IMG/VR virus record: IMGVR_UViG_2061766007_004183
DNA: 64,000 nt
Direction: 5' to 3' (one strand)
Origin: an uncultured virus (IMG/VR IMGVR_UViG_2061766007_004183)
Lineage: Duplodnaviria; Heunggongvirae; Uroviricota; Caudoviricetes
In this document: piece by piece, positions 27,201-37,958 of the stretch
Layout of the letters: each line of letters starts with the position of its first letter
Position numbering within the stretch: the first letter of the stretch is position 1
Notes under the pieces: generated by a model
Databases searched by the model: none
Told to the model about the DNA's origin: nothing
What the model saw: the letters and a program-made list of their open reading frames with translations, nothing else
Position numbers and translations under genes: made by a program

Positions 27201-30086
27201 ATGGCCAAATATGCCCCGGGCATGCGGGTGCTCATCCGCGATGAAGAATGGATGATTCGGAAATGCGACCGCAACAGCTTTAACACATACACCTTGCAGT
27301 GTGTTGGTGTGTCTCCGCTTGTGCGGGATAAGACTGCCTATTATCTTAGCGATCTGGAGCGGATTACAGTCATTGATCCTGCAAAGACTGCTTTGATCCC
27401 GGATGATTCTGCCCGTTTTATCAAGTCACGTCTCTTTTTGGAGAGCCAGTGGCGACAGAAGATCCCGACGGATGCAAAGCTGCATATCGGTCATCACGCA
27501 GTAATGGATGTGATGCCATACCAGCTGGAGCCGGCGGCGATGAGCCTTGCACGGCCCCGCCAGCGCATCCTGATGGCGGACGGCGTCGGTTTGGGTAAAA
27601 CGCTGGAGGCCGGTATCCTGATCAGCGAATTGATTGCCCGCGGCAAAGGGCGGCGCATCCTTGTCGTAACCGTCAAAAGCATGATGGCGCAGTTTCAAAA
27701 GGAAATGTGGGAACGCTTTTCCATCCCGCTGATCAGTCTGGATTCTGCCAAGATCCAGCGGATCCGCCGCGATCTTCCGAGCAACCACAACCCCTTCCAT
27801 TATTATGACAAGACCATCGTGTCCATTGACACGATCAAGCGCGACAGAGAATACCGGGTTCATCTGGAGAATGCCAGATGGGATATCATCGTAATCGACG
27901 AAGCGCACAATGTGGCAAAGCGCGGGAACAGCCACTCGCTGCGGGCCCGCCTGGCGGAGCTGCTTTCCAGCCGCAGCGATACGCTGATCATGCTCTCTGC
28001 GACGCCGCACGACGGCAGCGCGAGTTCCTTCGCTTCCCTCATGAACATGCTGGACCCGACCGCGATACCGGATCCGGAGAACTATACTCAGCAGGATATC
28101 AAGGATAACGGCGACGACATAAAGGGCCTTTTTGTCCGCCGCTTCAAAAAGGATATCCAGGATCAGGCCATGGGTGGTTTTAAGGATCGGTATATTGCAG
28201 AAGTACCCTGCACAGCAACTCCAAAAGAAGAAGCCGCGCTGGAAGCCTTCCTGATTTATGAATCCCTGCTTCCCAAGACGGAGAACGGCCGTCTTCGGGA
28301 TATGACCTTCAAAAAAGCTCTGTTCTCCAGCCCTGCAGCATGCCTGAAATCTGTTCAGGGCCGAATGAGCCGTCTGGCAAAAGAGGGCACAGACGACGCC
28401 CTGAAGGAGCTAAAAGCGCTTTCCATCCTGGAAACCGCGCTCAAAGAGATCGGCCCGCAGGAGTTTTCCCGCTATCAGGAGCTTCTGAAGCTTCTGCGGG
28501 ATCCGGCATACGCATGGAACTACAAGGCAGCGGACGATCGGCTCGTGATCTTCACCGAACGGATCGAGACCATGCGCTGGCTGTCGGAGCATCTGCAGCA
28601 AGACCTCAAGCTGGCCGCCGCAGCGATCCGGACGCTTCACGGCGGCATGAGCGATATCGATCAGCAGAAGATCGTAGAAGAGTTCGGCAGGGACGAATCT
28701 CCAGTTCGCATTTTAGTAGCCAGCGATGTGGCGTCTGAAGGCATCAACCTGCACTATCTCAGCCATCGCATGATCCATTTTGATATTCCCTGGTCGCTGA
28801 TGGTCTTCCAGCAGCGAAACGGACGCGTGGACCGATACGGCCAAAAGGCTTCGCCGGACATCCGTTACCTCGTGACCCGTTCCAACAATGAGGAGATCCG
28901 GGGAGATATGCGGATCCTTCAGATCCTGATCCGGAAGGAAGCGGAAGCCAACAAAAATATCGGCGACGTCGGCGCGCTGATGAACCTTTACGATCAGGAC
29001 GCCGAGGAACAGCTGACATATCATGCGATGGAAGCCGGCAGCGCGGAGGAATTCGAGCAAAAATTGACCATCGATGAAAGTGCATCGCTGGAAGATCTCT
29101 TTGCCGACCTTTGGGGAGACGACGATGATGCAATCTCTTCTTCCCCCATTCAGGCTGCTTCGAAAAAGCCGGAGACAGTGGAAGACCGCACGCTGATGTC
29201 CGACAAGGATTTCCTGGAAGGCACGATCCGCCTTCTTGCTGAAACCCGCCCGTACAAGGTCATGCCTCTGCATGATGCAGAGGGCCTTGAGATCCGCTGG
29301 ACGAAGGATATGCAGCGAAGATTCCGCAATGTGCTGCCGCCGGAAGCAGCGCCGGATATCGACGATTGGCTGATGGTTTCTTCCGACAAGGCTTTCGTGG
29401 CAAAAGAAAATCGCCGCAGTCTGCAGAATGCGCTGGAGGAGGACAGTTGGCCGAAGGTGCAGTATCTTTGGCGGCAGCACCCCATCATGCAGTGGGCAGG
29501 AGACAAGGCCGGCCAGTTTTTCGGAAGACAGGAAGCCCCCCTTGTTGGGATCCCTACGCTTTCTCCGGACGAGGTCATTTTCTGTTTGGCGGGAACCATT
29601 CCGAACAGACGCTCGACACCTTTGGTGGACGAATGGTTCGGACTGCGCTTTGTGAACGGGAAATTCGACAGGCTGCTGACGATGGAAGAATTACTGAAGC
29701 TCACACAGTTTGATCGGGGCGATCGCCCGAACACCGGCAGCATTACGGATGATGACGCAGCATCGGTATCAGCGTTGCTTTCGGAAGCGGTAACCAGGGC
29801 AAAAGGATATATGACGGATTGTGTAAGCGACTACAAGGCACGAACGGACGAACCAGTGCTGAATGAATGGCAAAAACTCGAGAACCTGAAGAAACGCCAT
29901 ATGGAACATATCCGGCAAAAATACGAGCAGCTTACCTTCTTTGGTAAAGAGAAAAAGCAGGAAGCGGAAACGCGCCATATCGAGACGGTTTTCAAGGAGT
30001 TTGAAGACTGGGTACGAGACAGTGTGGAGATCGAGGACGTTCCCTATATCCGGATCACCGCAGCCTTTACGGGGGTGAAAGCATGA
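27201..30086 (+). CDS. SNF2-family helicase (DrmD/BrxHII-like)
   Basis: ADGVGLGKT, DEAH, SATPH, SEGINL, QRNGRVDRYGQ. Start MAKYAPG behind AAGGGGG. Confidence 0.9.
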   Translation: MAKYAPGMRVLIRDEEWMIRKCDRNSFNTYTLQCVGVSPLVRDKTAYYLSDLERITVIDPAKTALIPDDSARFIKSRLFLESQWRQKIPTDAKLHIGHHAVMDVMPYQLEPAAMSLARPRQRILMADGVGLGKTLEAGILISELIARGKGRRILVVTVKSMMAQFQKEMWERFSIPLISLDSAKIQRIRRDLPSNHNPFHYYDKTIVSIDTIKRDREYRVHLENARWDIIVIDEAHNVAKRGNSHSLRARLAELLSSRSDTLIMLSATPHDGSASSFASLMNMLDPTAIPDPENYTQQDIKDNGDDIKGLFVRRFKKDIQDQAMGGFKDRYIAEVPCTATPKEEAALEAFLIYESLLPKTENGRLRDMTFKKALFSSPAACLKSVQGRMSRLAKEGTDDALKELKALSILETALKEIGPQEFSRYQELLKLLRDPAYAWNYKAADDRLVIFTERIETMRWLSEHLQQDLKLAAAAIRTLHGGMSDIDQQKIVEEFGRDESPVRILVASDVASEGINLHYLSHRMIHFDIPWSLMVFQQRNGRVDRYGQKASPDIRYLVTRSNNEEIRGDMRILQILIRKEAEANKNIGDVGALMNLYDQDAEEQLTYHAMEAGSAEEFEQKLTIDESASLEDLFADLWGDDDDAISSSPIQAASKKPETVEDRTLMSDKDFLEGTIRLLAETRPYKVMPLHDAEGLEIRWTKDMQRRFRNVLPPEAAPDIDDWLMVSSDKAFVAKENRRSLQNALEEDSWPKVQYLWRQHPIMQWAGDKAGQFFGRQEAPLVGIPTLSPDEVIFCLAGTIPNRRSTPLVDEWFGLRFVNGKFDRLLTMEELLKLTQFDRGDRPNTGSITDDDAASVSALLSEAVTRAKGYMTDCVSDYKARTDEPVLNEWQKLENLKKRHMEHIRQKYEQLTFFGKEKKQEAETRHIETVFKEFEDWVRDSVEIEDVPYIRITAAFTGVKA

Positions 30087-33000
30087 GCATGGACCTGACC
30101 GGCATCTACAACCGGAACGAATACTACACGAACCATTACTTCGCTTCCATTTTCGAGGAGAACGCATCCGCTGCGATCAAGGCCTGGCGGGATGCCGCCC
30201 AGGGCACAGAGCTGCGGACTCCGTGGGCGCTGCTGCGCGACGCGGGCAAACAGGTTTTCCAGATCCGCGACCGTCAGGAGCGCCGACGGGGAGATTCCGC
30301 TTATGCGGAAGCAGTTACTGAAATTGCCAGGGAGCTCTTGTCCGCGCTGGGTTATGAGCTGTCCGCGGCAAAACCCGAGCTGGAAGATATACCCGGCCTG
30401 GGCAAGGTGCCGGTCGCCCTGGAGCTCAGCAAGACAAACGGCGCGCCTTTGCTCTGGACGATCCTGACTGCGCCTCCGGCTGAAGATGCCGCCTCCTCCA
30501 GTATCGATGAAGAAGAGGATGCCTCCGACGTCCTCGGATACGTGCCCTTCGCGGCCGATCTCCGGTCGCGGGCAGAAGTCCCCTTTGCGGAGGAAACTCT
30601 GCTGTGCTCTCCCATGGAAGAGCTTCTGGGGCGGCTGCTCTACGATCTGGACGAGAGCCCCCGCTGGATCATCCTGATCAGCGAGAATCAGCTGGCCCTG
30701 ATCGACCGGAACAAATGGAATGAAAAGCGGTTTCTGGTCTTTGACCTGGACGAGATCTTCGGACGCAACGAGGACACCACACTGCAGGCCATGGCGGTGC
30801 TGCTGCACAGGGAGTCCCTCTGCCCGGCGGACGGAGCCTCACTTCTCGACACCTTGGATGACAACAGTCACAAGCACGCTTCCGGAGTATCCCGAGATCT
30901 GAAATATGCCCTTCGGCAGTGCATTGAGATCCTGGGGAACGAGGTCGTTTACGACATGAAGGAACGGCAGCACGTGGCCGTCTTCGGCCGCGCTCTGGCG
31001 GAGGACCTGACCCTGCAGTGCCTCCGTTATATGTACCGCATCCTGTTTATGCTTTTCATTGAAGCCAAGCCCGAGCTTGGCTACGCGCCGATGCTGGCCC
31101 AGGCCTACGAATCTGGCTATTCCTTTGAGAGCCTGCGGGAGATCTGCGAACAGGCGGAAGGCGACGGAGAGATCAATGAAGAAGGCAGTTTTCTGAAGGA
31201 CAGCTTGGATAAGCTCTTCAGCCTTGTTTACAGTGGATTCCCAGGTGAGCGTGAGGTCCCCGAAGACACGGATTCCCTGCAGGGCGTTTTTACCATTGAA
31301 CCTCTGAAATCCCACATCTTCGACCCGGAGCGCACGGCCCTCATCGAAAAGGCCCATCTGCGCAACGGCAAGCTGATGCAGATCATCAACCTGATGAGCC
31401 TGTCCCGGGGCAGCAAGGGCCAGCGCCGGGGCCGCATCAGCTACTCCAGCCTGGGCGTGAACCAGTTAGGTGCGGTATACGAAGCGCTGCTCAGTTACCG
31501 CGGTTTCTTCGCGGAGGAGGACCTTTACGAGGTCAAGAGGGCTGGCGACAAGGTGGATGAGCTGGACGTGGGCTACTTCATCCCGCTGCGCGATCTGGAC
31601 CAATATACGCAAGATGAGCGCGTTCGAGTGGATCAGAATGACCCCACCTCCCCGCTGCGCGTCCACCCCAAGGGAGAGTTCATCTACCGTCTGGCCGGGC
31701 GGGAGCGGGAGAAATCTGCCTCCTACTACACGCCCGAGGTGCTGACGAAGTGTCTGGTGAAATACGCGCTGAAGGAGCTGCTGGAGGGTAAGTCCGCCGA
31801 CGAGATCCTGCAGCTGACGGTCTGCGAGCCCGCCATGGGCAGCGCCGCCTTCCTGAACGAGGCCATTTCCCAGCTGGCCGAGGCCTATCTGGAGCGCAAG
31901 CAGAAGGAGACCGGTGTCAGTCTGCCCCACGATCAGCGCCAGCGGGAGCTGCAAAAGGTCAAAATGCTGATCGCCGACCAGAACGTATACGGCATCGACC
32001 TGAACCCCACCGCCGTGGAGTTGGCAGAGGTTTCCCTCTGGCTGAACACGATTTTTGAGGGGGGCTATGTACCCTGGTTCCGCACCCAGATCGTCTGCGG
32101 AAACAGCCTCATCGGTGCACGCAGACAGTGCTATACCGTTGCGCAGGCGCAGACCAAGGGGCCGGACGCTTGGTACAACAGCGCACCGGAGCGGGTGGAA
32201 CCGGGTAAGAAACGCAGCCTCCGCCGTCAGCAGGTTTATCATTTTCTGCTTGGGGACCCTGGCATGTGCGCTTATACCGATAAGGTAATCAAATCCCTGG
32301 AGCCGGAGAAAATTGCCGCCATCAAGAGATGGAACAAGGCATTTACTGCGCCCCTGGACGACAGCGAGGCGGACGATATTCTGCGCCTCTGCGACCAGAT
32401 CGACTCCCTCTGGGAAGCGCATACACAGCTCCGGGCGGAAATCAAGGACAAAACCACCGATCCCCTATCTGTATGGGGGCAGAAGCAGGACGCTAAACAT
32501 CAGCGCACAACCATCCGGGATAAGGACCGCATCTATGACAACCTGTATCTCTCCAAGGGCGGCAGCAACGCCAGCCCCTATGCACGTCTGAAGTCGGTCA
32601 TGGACTATTGGTGCGCTCTGTGGTTCTGGCCCATTGACAAGATGGAGGAGCTGCCCAGCCGCATGGAGTTCCTCTGGGACGTAAATATGCTCCTTGGCGT
32701 GGGTGTTGTGGACACCAGCGCGCGGAAGGACCGCATGGAAGGACAGTTCTCCCTTTTCGATGACGTCGACCTTGACCCCTATGCCAGAGAGCTCTCCAAT
32801 CGTTATGGTATGTACGGTGCGGTGAATCTGGCCAAGCTTCGGGAGGATTTTCCCCGACTGCGTATCGCCAACGAGATCGCGGAGCAGCAAAAGTTCTTTC
32901 ACTGGGAGTTGGAGTTTTCCGATGTGTTTCAAGAGCGTGGCGGTTTTGATCTGGTAGTAGGTAATCCGCCATGGATTAAGTTGGAGTGGGACGAGGAAGC

Positions 33001-34846
33001 TGTATTGGGAGACAGGCAGCCTTTGTTTGCAGTGAAGGGCTACAAAGCTCCTGAAGTTGCTGAACGTCGTCCTGCTGCACTAGAAGATCAAACAACATAC
33101 TCATTATATTTTAGTGAATACATTAGCATTGCTGCTCAACAGAGTTATATTAGTTCTCCTGTAAACTACAGCACACTTTCTGGTGCAACGAATTTGTATA
33201 AATGCTTCTTACCTCAGTCCTGGTTATTCATTAATAATGACGGTTATAGTGCCTTTGTGCATCCAAATGGTGTCTTTGATGATCCAAAGGGTTCAATTCT
33301 TAGAAGAGATATTTATCAAAGGCTTTCGAAGCATTTTCGTTTCAATAACAAGGAATTGTTATTTGCTGATGTTAGTTCCTCAAGGGAGTTTAGTTTAAAT
33401 ATATATCGCGTATCAAATAAAAATAGATTTGATATGATTTGCAATTTGGTAAGCACAACCCCAATAGATGAGAGTTATACAGACACTGGTTCTAGTGAAG
33501 TCCAAGGTTTATTTGATGAAAACGGAAGATGGTGTCAAAGTGGCCATCCTGATCGAATTGTTGTGGTTAGAAAGACAGAACTGGTTCTATTTGCACAATT
33601 GTTTGACGATTCTAATGATTGGCAAGGGGCAAGACTACCATCTATTCATTCAAAGCAAATAGTTGAGGTTCTTTCCAGAATGGCAAAAGCAGGAAAAAGT
33701 CTAAAAAGTCTTGGTGACACTCTATTCACAACTGAGATGTGGAACGAGACCATGACGCAAAAAGACAAGACTATAGCTAGAAACATACATTTCCCAATCG
33801 GGAAATATGACTATATATTGTCTGGTGCGAACATAGGATTGAGTAATCCATTCTTTAAAACTGCACGCAGAAACTGCTCATCAAGATACGACTATGATCC
33901 TATTGACTTGACAATTATACAAGAAAACTATCGAAGCAGATGTACGTATACGCCCGGTATTGATGAAAAGACATATTATCAGCGCAGTGTGCAAACGCCT
34001 TGGAACAGCCATTATTTGGATGAGTATCGACTAGTTATGCGCAAGATGCTGAATCTTGAAGGTGAAAGGACATTAATGCCTTCAATAATCCCGCCAACGG
34101 TAGCACACATAGATGGATTATTTGGGCTGTGTGTGAAAGATGACAGTCTATTGCTAATTGCAGGATCATTCTTCACTTTGCTATTTGACTTTTATATTAA
34201 GGTTATGCATAAATCCAATTGCCGATATGATACTGCTGCATTTATGCCATTAGTAATTCCATCCGACGCAACGAAACAAATGATTAGAAATAGAGTTTTG
34301 CTCCTAAACTGCTTGACTCAAGATTACGCATCCCTTTGGAACCAAAACATAACTACTCTTAAACACGAGGACCGCTGGGCAAAGAAAGATATGAGATTAA
34401 AAGCCGAATCTTTCGATAATCTTTGGGCTCACTGGAGTATTTCATCTCCGCTTAGGTATGACTACCAAAGGCGACAAGCACTTATCGAGTTGGATGTCCT
34501 AGTTGCGATGTCATTTGGCCTTTCTCTCGACCAATTGAAAACCATCTATCGTATTCAATTCCCTGTACTTCAGAAAATAGAAGCTGATACTTGGTATGAT
34601 GCGAATGGTCGCATTGTCTTTACTGCAAGTACGAATTTACCCGGCGTAGGCTTTGACCGTAAGGAATGGGAAAACGGCATCAAGGGTGCCCCCGCGGGGA
34701 AGAAGTTCTACCGCACCATCACCGACGACACCCAGCCCGGCGGCCCTATCCAGCGCACGATTGAATACGTCGCCCCCTTCGACAAGTGCGACCGTGAACA
34801 GGACTACGAGACAGCATGGAAGTTCTTTGAGGAGAAATACTCATGA
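30083..34846 (+). CDS. large N6-adenine DNA methyltransferase (DrmMI/PglX/type IIG-like)
   Basis: LGAVYEALL, SYYTP, CEPAMGSAAFL (motif I), YGIDLNP, GFDLVVGNPPW (motif IV). ATGA overlap with the helicase gene. Confidence 0.92.
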   Translation: MSMDLTGIYNRNEYYTNHYFASIFEENASAAIKAWRDAAQGTELRTPWALLRDAGKQVFQIRDRQERRRGDSAYAEAVTEIARELLSALGYELSAAKPELEDIPGLGKVPVALELSKTNGAPLLWTILTAPPAEDAASSSIDEEEDASDVLGYVPFAADLRSRAEVPFAEETLLCSPMEELLGRLLYDLDESPRWIILISENQLALIDRNKWNEKRFLVFDLDEIFGRNEDTTLQAMAVLLHRESLCPADGASLLDTLDDNSHKHASGVSRDLKYALRQCIEILGNEVVYDMKERQHVAVFGRALAEDLTLQCLRYMYRILFMLFIEAKPELGYAPMLAQAYESGYSFESLREICEQAEGDGEINEEGSFLKDSLDKLFSLVYSGFPGEREVPEDTDSLQGVFTIEPLKSHIFDPERTALIEKAHLRNGKLMQIINLMSLSRGSKGQRRGRISYSSLGVNQLGAVYEALLSYRGFFAEEDLYEVKRAGDKVDELDVGYFIPLRDLDQYTQDERVRVDQNDPTSPLRVHPKGEFIYRLAGREREKSASYYTPEVLTKCLVKYALKELLEGKSADEILQLTVCEPAMGSAAFLNEAISQLAEAYLERKQKETGVSLPHDQRQRELQKVKMLIADQNVYGIDLNPTAVELAEVSLWLNTIFEGGYVPWFRTQIVCGNSLIGARRQCYTVAQAQTKGPDAWYNSAPERVEPGKKRSLRRQQVYHFLLGDPGMCAYTDKVIKSLEPEKIAAIKRWNKAFTAPLDDSEADDILRLCDQIDSLWEAHTQLRAEIKDKTTDPLSVWGQKQDAKHQRTTIRDKDRIYDNLYLSKGGSNASPYARLKSVMDYWCALWFWPIDKMEELPSRMEFLWDVNMLLGVGVVDTSARKDRMEGQFSLFDDVDLDPYARELSNRYGMYGAVNLAKLREDFPRLRIANEIAEQQKFFHWELEFSDVFQERGGFDLVVGNPPWIKLEWDEEAVLGDRQPLFAVKGYKAPEVAERRPAALEDQTTYSLYFSEYISIAAQQSYISSPVNYSTLSGATNLYKCFLPQSWLFINNDGYSAFVHPNGVFDDPKGSILRRDIYQRLSKHFRFNNKELLFADVSSSREFSLNIYRVSNKNRFDMICNLVSTTPIDESYTDTGSSEVQGLFDENGRWCQSGHPDRIVVVRKTELVLFAQLFDDSNDWQGARLPSIHSKQIVEVLSRMAKAGKSLKSLGDTLFTTEMWNETMTQKDKTIARNIHFPIGKYDYILSGANIGLSNPFFKTARRNCSSRYDYDPIDLTIIQENYRSRCTYTPGIDEKTYYQRSVQTPWNSHYLDEYRLVMRKMLNLEGERTLMPSIIPPTVAHIDGLFGLCVKDDSLLLIAGSFFTLLFDFYIKVMHKSNCRYDTAAFMPLVIPSDATKQMIRNRVLLLNCLTQDYASLWNQNITTLKHEDRWAKKDMRLKAESFDNLWAHWSISSPLRYDYQRRQALIELDVLVAMSFGLSLDQLKTIYRIQFPVLQKIEADTWYDANGRIVFTASTNLPGVGFDRKEWENGIKGAPAGKKFYRTITDDTQPGGPIQRTIEYVAPFDKCDREQDYETAWKFFEEKYS

Positions 34847-36039
34847 CAGACTGGCAATCTGAATACCAAGCGTACAAAGAGAGCAAAGAAGCCGCATCAA
34901 GATCGGATGGAGCCCAAATTGTGGTTGAGGCCACATCTTCAGCAACAGCAAATGTATCCCCGATCATTTTAAGTCAAAGTGATACTGATGTAACAAGAAT
35001 CATCTTTGAACCTACGCTGGTTGATAACATTCACGACAGCAGGAAGTGCATTTCGGGGAAACTGATTTACGAGAAAAGAAACAAATGGGACGCCTACCCG
35101 ACAGAAAAGACTACGCCGAAAAGTATCAGAGCAGGAGAAGTAATGGAAATCTCATTAGGTACGACGGCAGTCATGAACTTGTATCAGTTCCTTGCCAATC
35201 TGTATGAAATGTATGCCAAAGACGGGATTCCATCTAGTTATGCATCATATAAGCGGATCGACAGCAGCTTTAATGCTTTTCTCGAAATTGTTAAAACCGA
35301 TCCCTCTGCTGCGCGGATGATTGGCCAACCGGAAAACTATGAACTTGTCAAAATTCTTTTGCAACTGATTACTAGAGCAGATTCGGTTGAGTCACTTGGA
35401 AATGCACTTCAGAACTTACAAAGTGATAGCATTGTCCAATTGAGTGAATCAATCAGCGTTGAGCGATTATCCAGGGTGATCTCTCTCATTGAGGATAATC
35501 TAGAAAACGCAAATGAGGAGTTTTGGCAAAGTACAGTATTCAAGGAGAATCAATGGGTCTTAGCACAGTTGTTTGCCTCACCGTGCACCATCTTTCAGGA
35601 CAAAGCTTATGTCGGTGGCAAAGGTATTGGTAACAGGGGGGGGAATCTTTGTGACTTTCTTTATCAGAACCAACTCACCAATAACGTTGTATTGATTGAG
35701 ATCAAAACCCCCAAAACCCAAATCATCCAAGGACCGTATAGGAATACGTTTAGCTTCACGCAAGAGATGAGCGGCGCAATAAACCAAGTGATCAATTATA
35801 GAGATTCGCTCATGAAAGAGTATAGCGACCTTATAAGAACTACCGACCGAGCTTTTTCTGCATTCAACCCAAAATGTGCTGTCATCATTGGGCAAATATC
35901 AGATTTGAAACGAAACCAAGTTCCCGCATTTGAAAGCTATCGAAACAGCTTGAATAATATCGAGGTCATCACATATGATGAAATCCTTCTGAGACTAAAA
36001 GATTTGAGGAGCCTTTTCACCCGAAGCGATAGTATATAG
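34843..36039 (+). CDS. sduA: Shedu anti-phage nuclease (DUF4263)
   Basis: EEFWQ...ENQWVL, DFL...VLIEIKTP, SGAINQVINY (QxxxY), ITYDEIL. Confidence 0.88.
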   Translation: MTDWQSEYQAYKESKEAASRSDGAQIVVEATSSATANVSPIILSQSDTDVTRIIFEPTLVDNIHDSRKCISGKLIYEKRNKWDAYPTEKTTPKSIRAGEVMEISLGTTAVMNLYQFLANLYEMYAKDGIPSSYASYKRIDSSFNAFLEIVKTDPSAARMIGQPENYELVKILLQLITRADSVESLGNALQNLQSDSIVQLSESISVERLSRVISLIEDNLENANEEFWQSTVFKENQWVLAQLFASPCTIFQDKAYVGGKGIGNRGGNLCDFLYQNQLTNNVVLIEIKTPKTQIIQGPYRNTFSFTQEMSGAINQVINYRDSLMKEYSDLIRTTDRAFSAFNPKCAVIIGQISDLKRNQVPAFESYRNSLNNIEVITYDEILLRLKDLRSLFTRSDSI

Positions 36040-36106
36040 GATCAAGAGAATGGAGAATTGCCGTTCTAACAATGGCGAACACGCGTTTTTGAAAGAAGGA
36101 TTTACT

Positions 36107-37933
36107 ATGCCGATCAATATTGCTCCTGCTTCGAATGATACAAACCTGTCGGACCTGATGGCGGACGTGGGAAGCGGAAAGATTCAACTTCCGGACTTTC
36201 AGCGCGGCTGGACATGGGATGATGATCGTATCCGTGGGATACTTGCCAGCCTTACGCAGGGATACCCGATGGGAGCGATTATGAATCTACAATATGGCAG
36301 CGAAAGTGTCCGCTTCAAGTATCGGACCATCGAAGGCGTGAACGTACAGGGCGTTACCCCCGAATTCTTGGTTCTGGACGGGCAGCAGCGCCTTACATCC
36401 ATGTGGCGAGCTACGTGTTCCAAAGAGCCGGTGGAGACCGTCACGGAGAAGAAGAAACGGATCACCAGGTTCTACTACTTGGATATCAAGCTGTGTCTGG
36501 ACGATGATGCGGACAGGCTGGATGCGATCCTTTCTGTACCTGCTGACCGGAAAATCAAAAAGAATTTCGACCGGGAAGTCAAAATGGACCTTTCCACGCG
36601 GGAACTGGAATATGAGCATGAGGCGTTTCCGATCAACATCATTTTTAATCCCAGTGAAGTGCTGGAATGGATCTTCGGCTATATGGCATTTTATAAGTCT
36701 GCGCCAGAGTACATGGACAAGCTGAAGAGGTTCCAGGCTGAAATTCTGAACGTTGTCACCGGATACAAACTACCGGTGATTCGTCTGGACAAATCTACGC
36801 CCCGTGACGCAGTATGCAAGGTTTTTGAGAACGTCAATACCGGCGGTGTGGCATTGACTGTGTTTGAACTGGTCACGGCGACCTTTGCAACTTATGAATT
36901 TGATCTCCGTGAGGACTGGGAGAAGTGCAGGGCTATGATATGGGGGAAAAATGAGCCTCTCAATACGGACGTGATGTATGGCGTGGATGAATCTGCTTTT
37001 CTGCAGGCAATCACTCTGTACAGCAGCTTTGTGAAGAAAGACCAGCATCCGGACACTGCACCTGCTGTTTCCTGTAAGAGAAAAGATATCCTTGACCTGC
37101 CTTTTGAACAATATACGGCAAACAAGCAGGCAGTACTGGATGGCTTCCGGATGGCGCGGAAGTTCTTGTTCAGCCAATATGTCTTCCGGCAGAGAGATCT
37201 TCCATACGCAACGCAGTTGATCCCGCTTGCGGCCATCTGCGCCGTGATCGGGCAGAGCGTCTTTGATAAGCCGAAAACCCAGGACGTCCTGACGCAGTGG
37301 TTCTGGTGCGGGATCATGGGTGAGATGTACGGCGGGGCCAATGAGACCCGATATGCGAATGATATAGATGACGTCGTTAAAGCGATCCGAGGGCAGGAGG
37401 TCGCTATCCGAACGATCAATGCGTCCTTCTTCTCCGCAACACGGCTGCTTTCCCTTCAAACCCGAAACAGCGCTGCATACAAAGGGATCATGGCACTCAT
37501 CTACCGCGAACAGAGCCGTGACTTCATGAAGGGCATCACAATGGATGTTGTGAAAAGCATGGACGAATCGCCGGACATCCATCACATTTTCCCGGAAGCC
37601 TATTGTGTAAACCGTTTTCCAAAGGAAAAATGGAATTCTATCGTCAATAAAACCCCGATCCTTCCTGCTTCCAATCGCTCGATTGGTGGCAGCGCACCTA
37701 GTACCTACTTAAAAAAGATCATGGCGGATGCAAATATCACCGAAGAACAGTTGAAGCTCCGGATCGAGTCTCACTTGATCAATTATGAAGCCCTTTCAAC
37801 AGATGATTTTGAAACATACTTTGTTGACCGGGCAAGGAGATTGCTGTCCATTATTGAAAATGCTATGGGCAAAAAAGTTGCAGACAGAGGCTCTGAACAG
37901 ACGATAAACGCATTCGGTACGAGTCTGATCTGA
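36107..37933 (+). CDS. DUF262 + HNH-like protein (GmrSD/SspE-like)
   Basis: LPDFQRGWTW, LVLDGQQRLT, FENVNTGG; C-terminal DIHHIFP...N. Confidence 0.88.
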   Translation: MPINIAPASNDTNLSDLMADVGSGKIQLPDFQRGWTWDDDRIRGILASLTQGYPMGAIMNLQYGSESVRFKYRTIEGVNVQGVTPEFLVLDGQQRLTSMWRATCSKEPVETVTEKKKRITRFYYLDIKLCLDDDADRLDAILSVPADRKIKKNFDREVKMDLSTRELEYEHEAFPINIIFNPSEVLEWIFGYMAFYKSAPEYMDKLKRFQAEILNVVTGYKLPVIRLDKSTPRDAVCKVFENVNTGGVALTVFELVTATFATYEFDLREDWEKCRAMIWGKNEPLNTDVMYGVDESAFLQAITLYSSFVKKDQHPDTAPAVSCKRKDILDLPFEQYTANKQAVLDGFRMARKFLFSQYVFRQRDLPYATQLIPLAAICAVIGQSVFDKPKTQDVLTQWFWCGIMGEMYGGANETRYANDIDDVVKAIRGQEVAIRTINASFFSATRLLSLQTRNSAAYKGIMALIYREQSRDFMKGITMDVVKSMDESPDIHHIFPEAYCVNRFPKEKWNSIVNKTPILPASNRSIGGSAPSTYLKKIMADANITEEQLKLRIESHLINYEALSTDDFETYFVDRARRLLSIIENAMGKKVADRGSEQTINAFGTSLI

Positions 37934-37958
37934 AACCGAAAGAAAAGGAGTTCGGATT

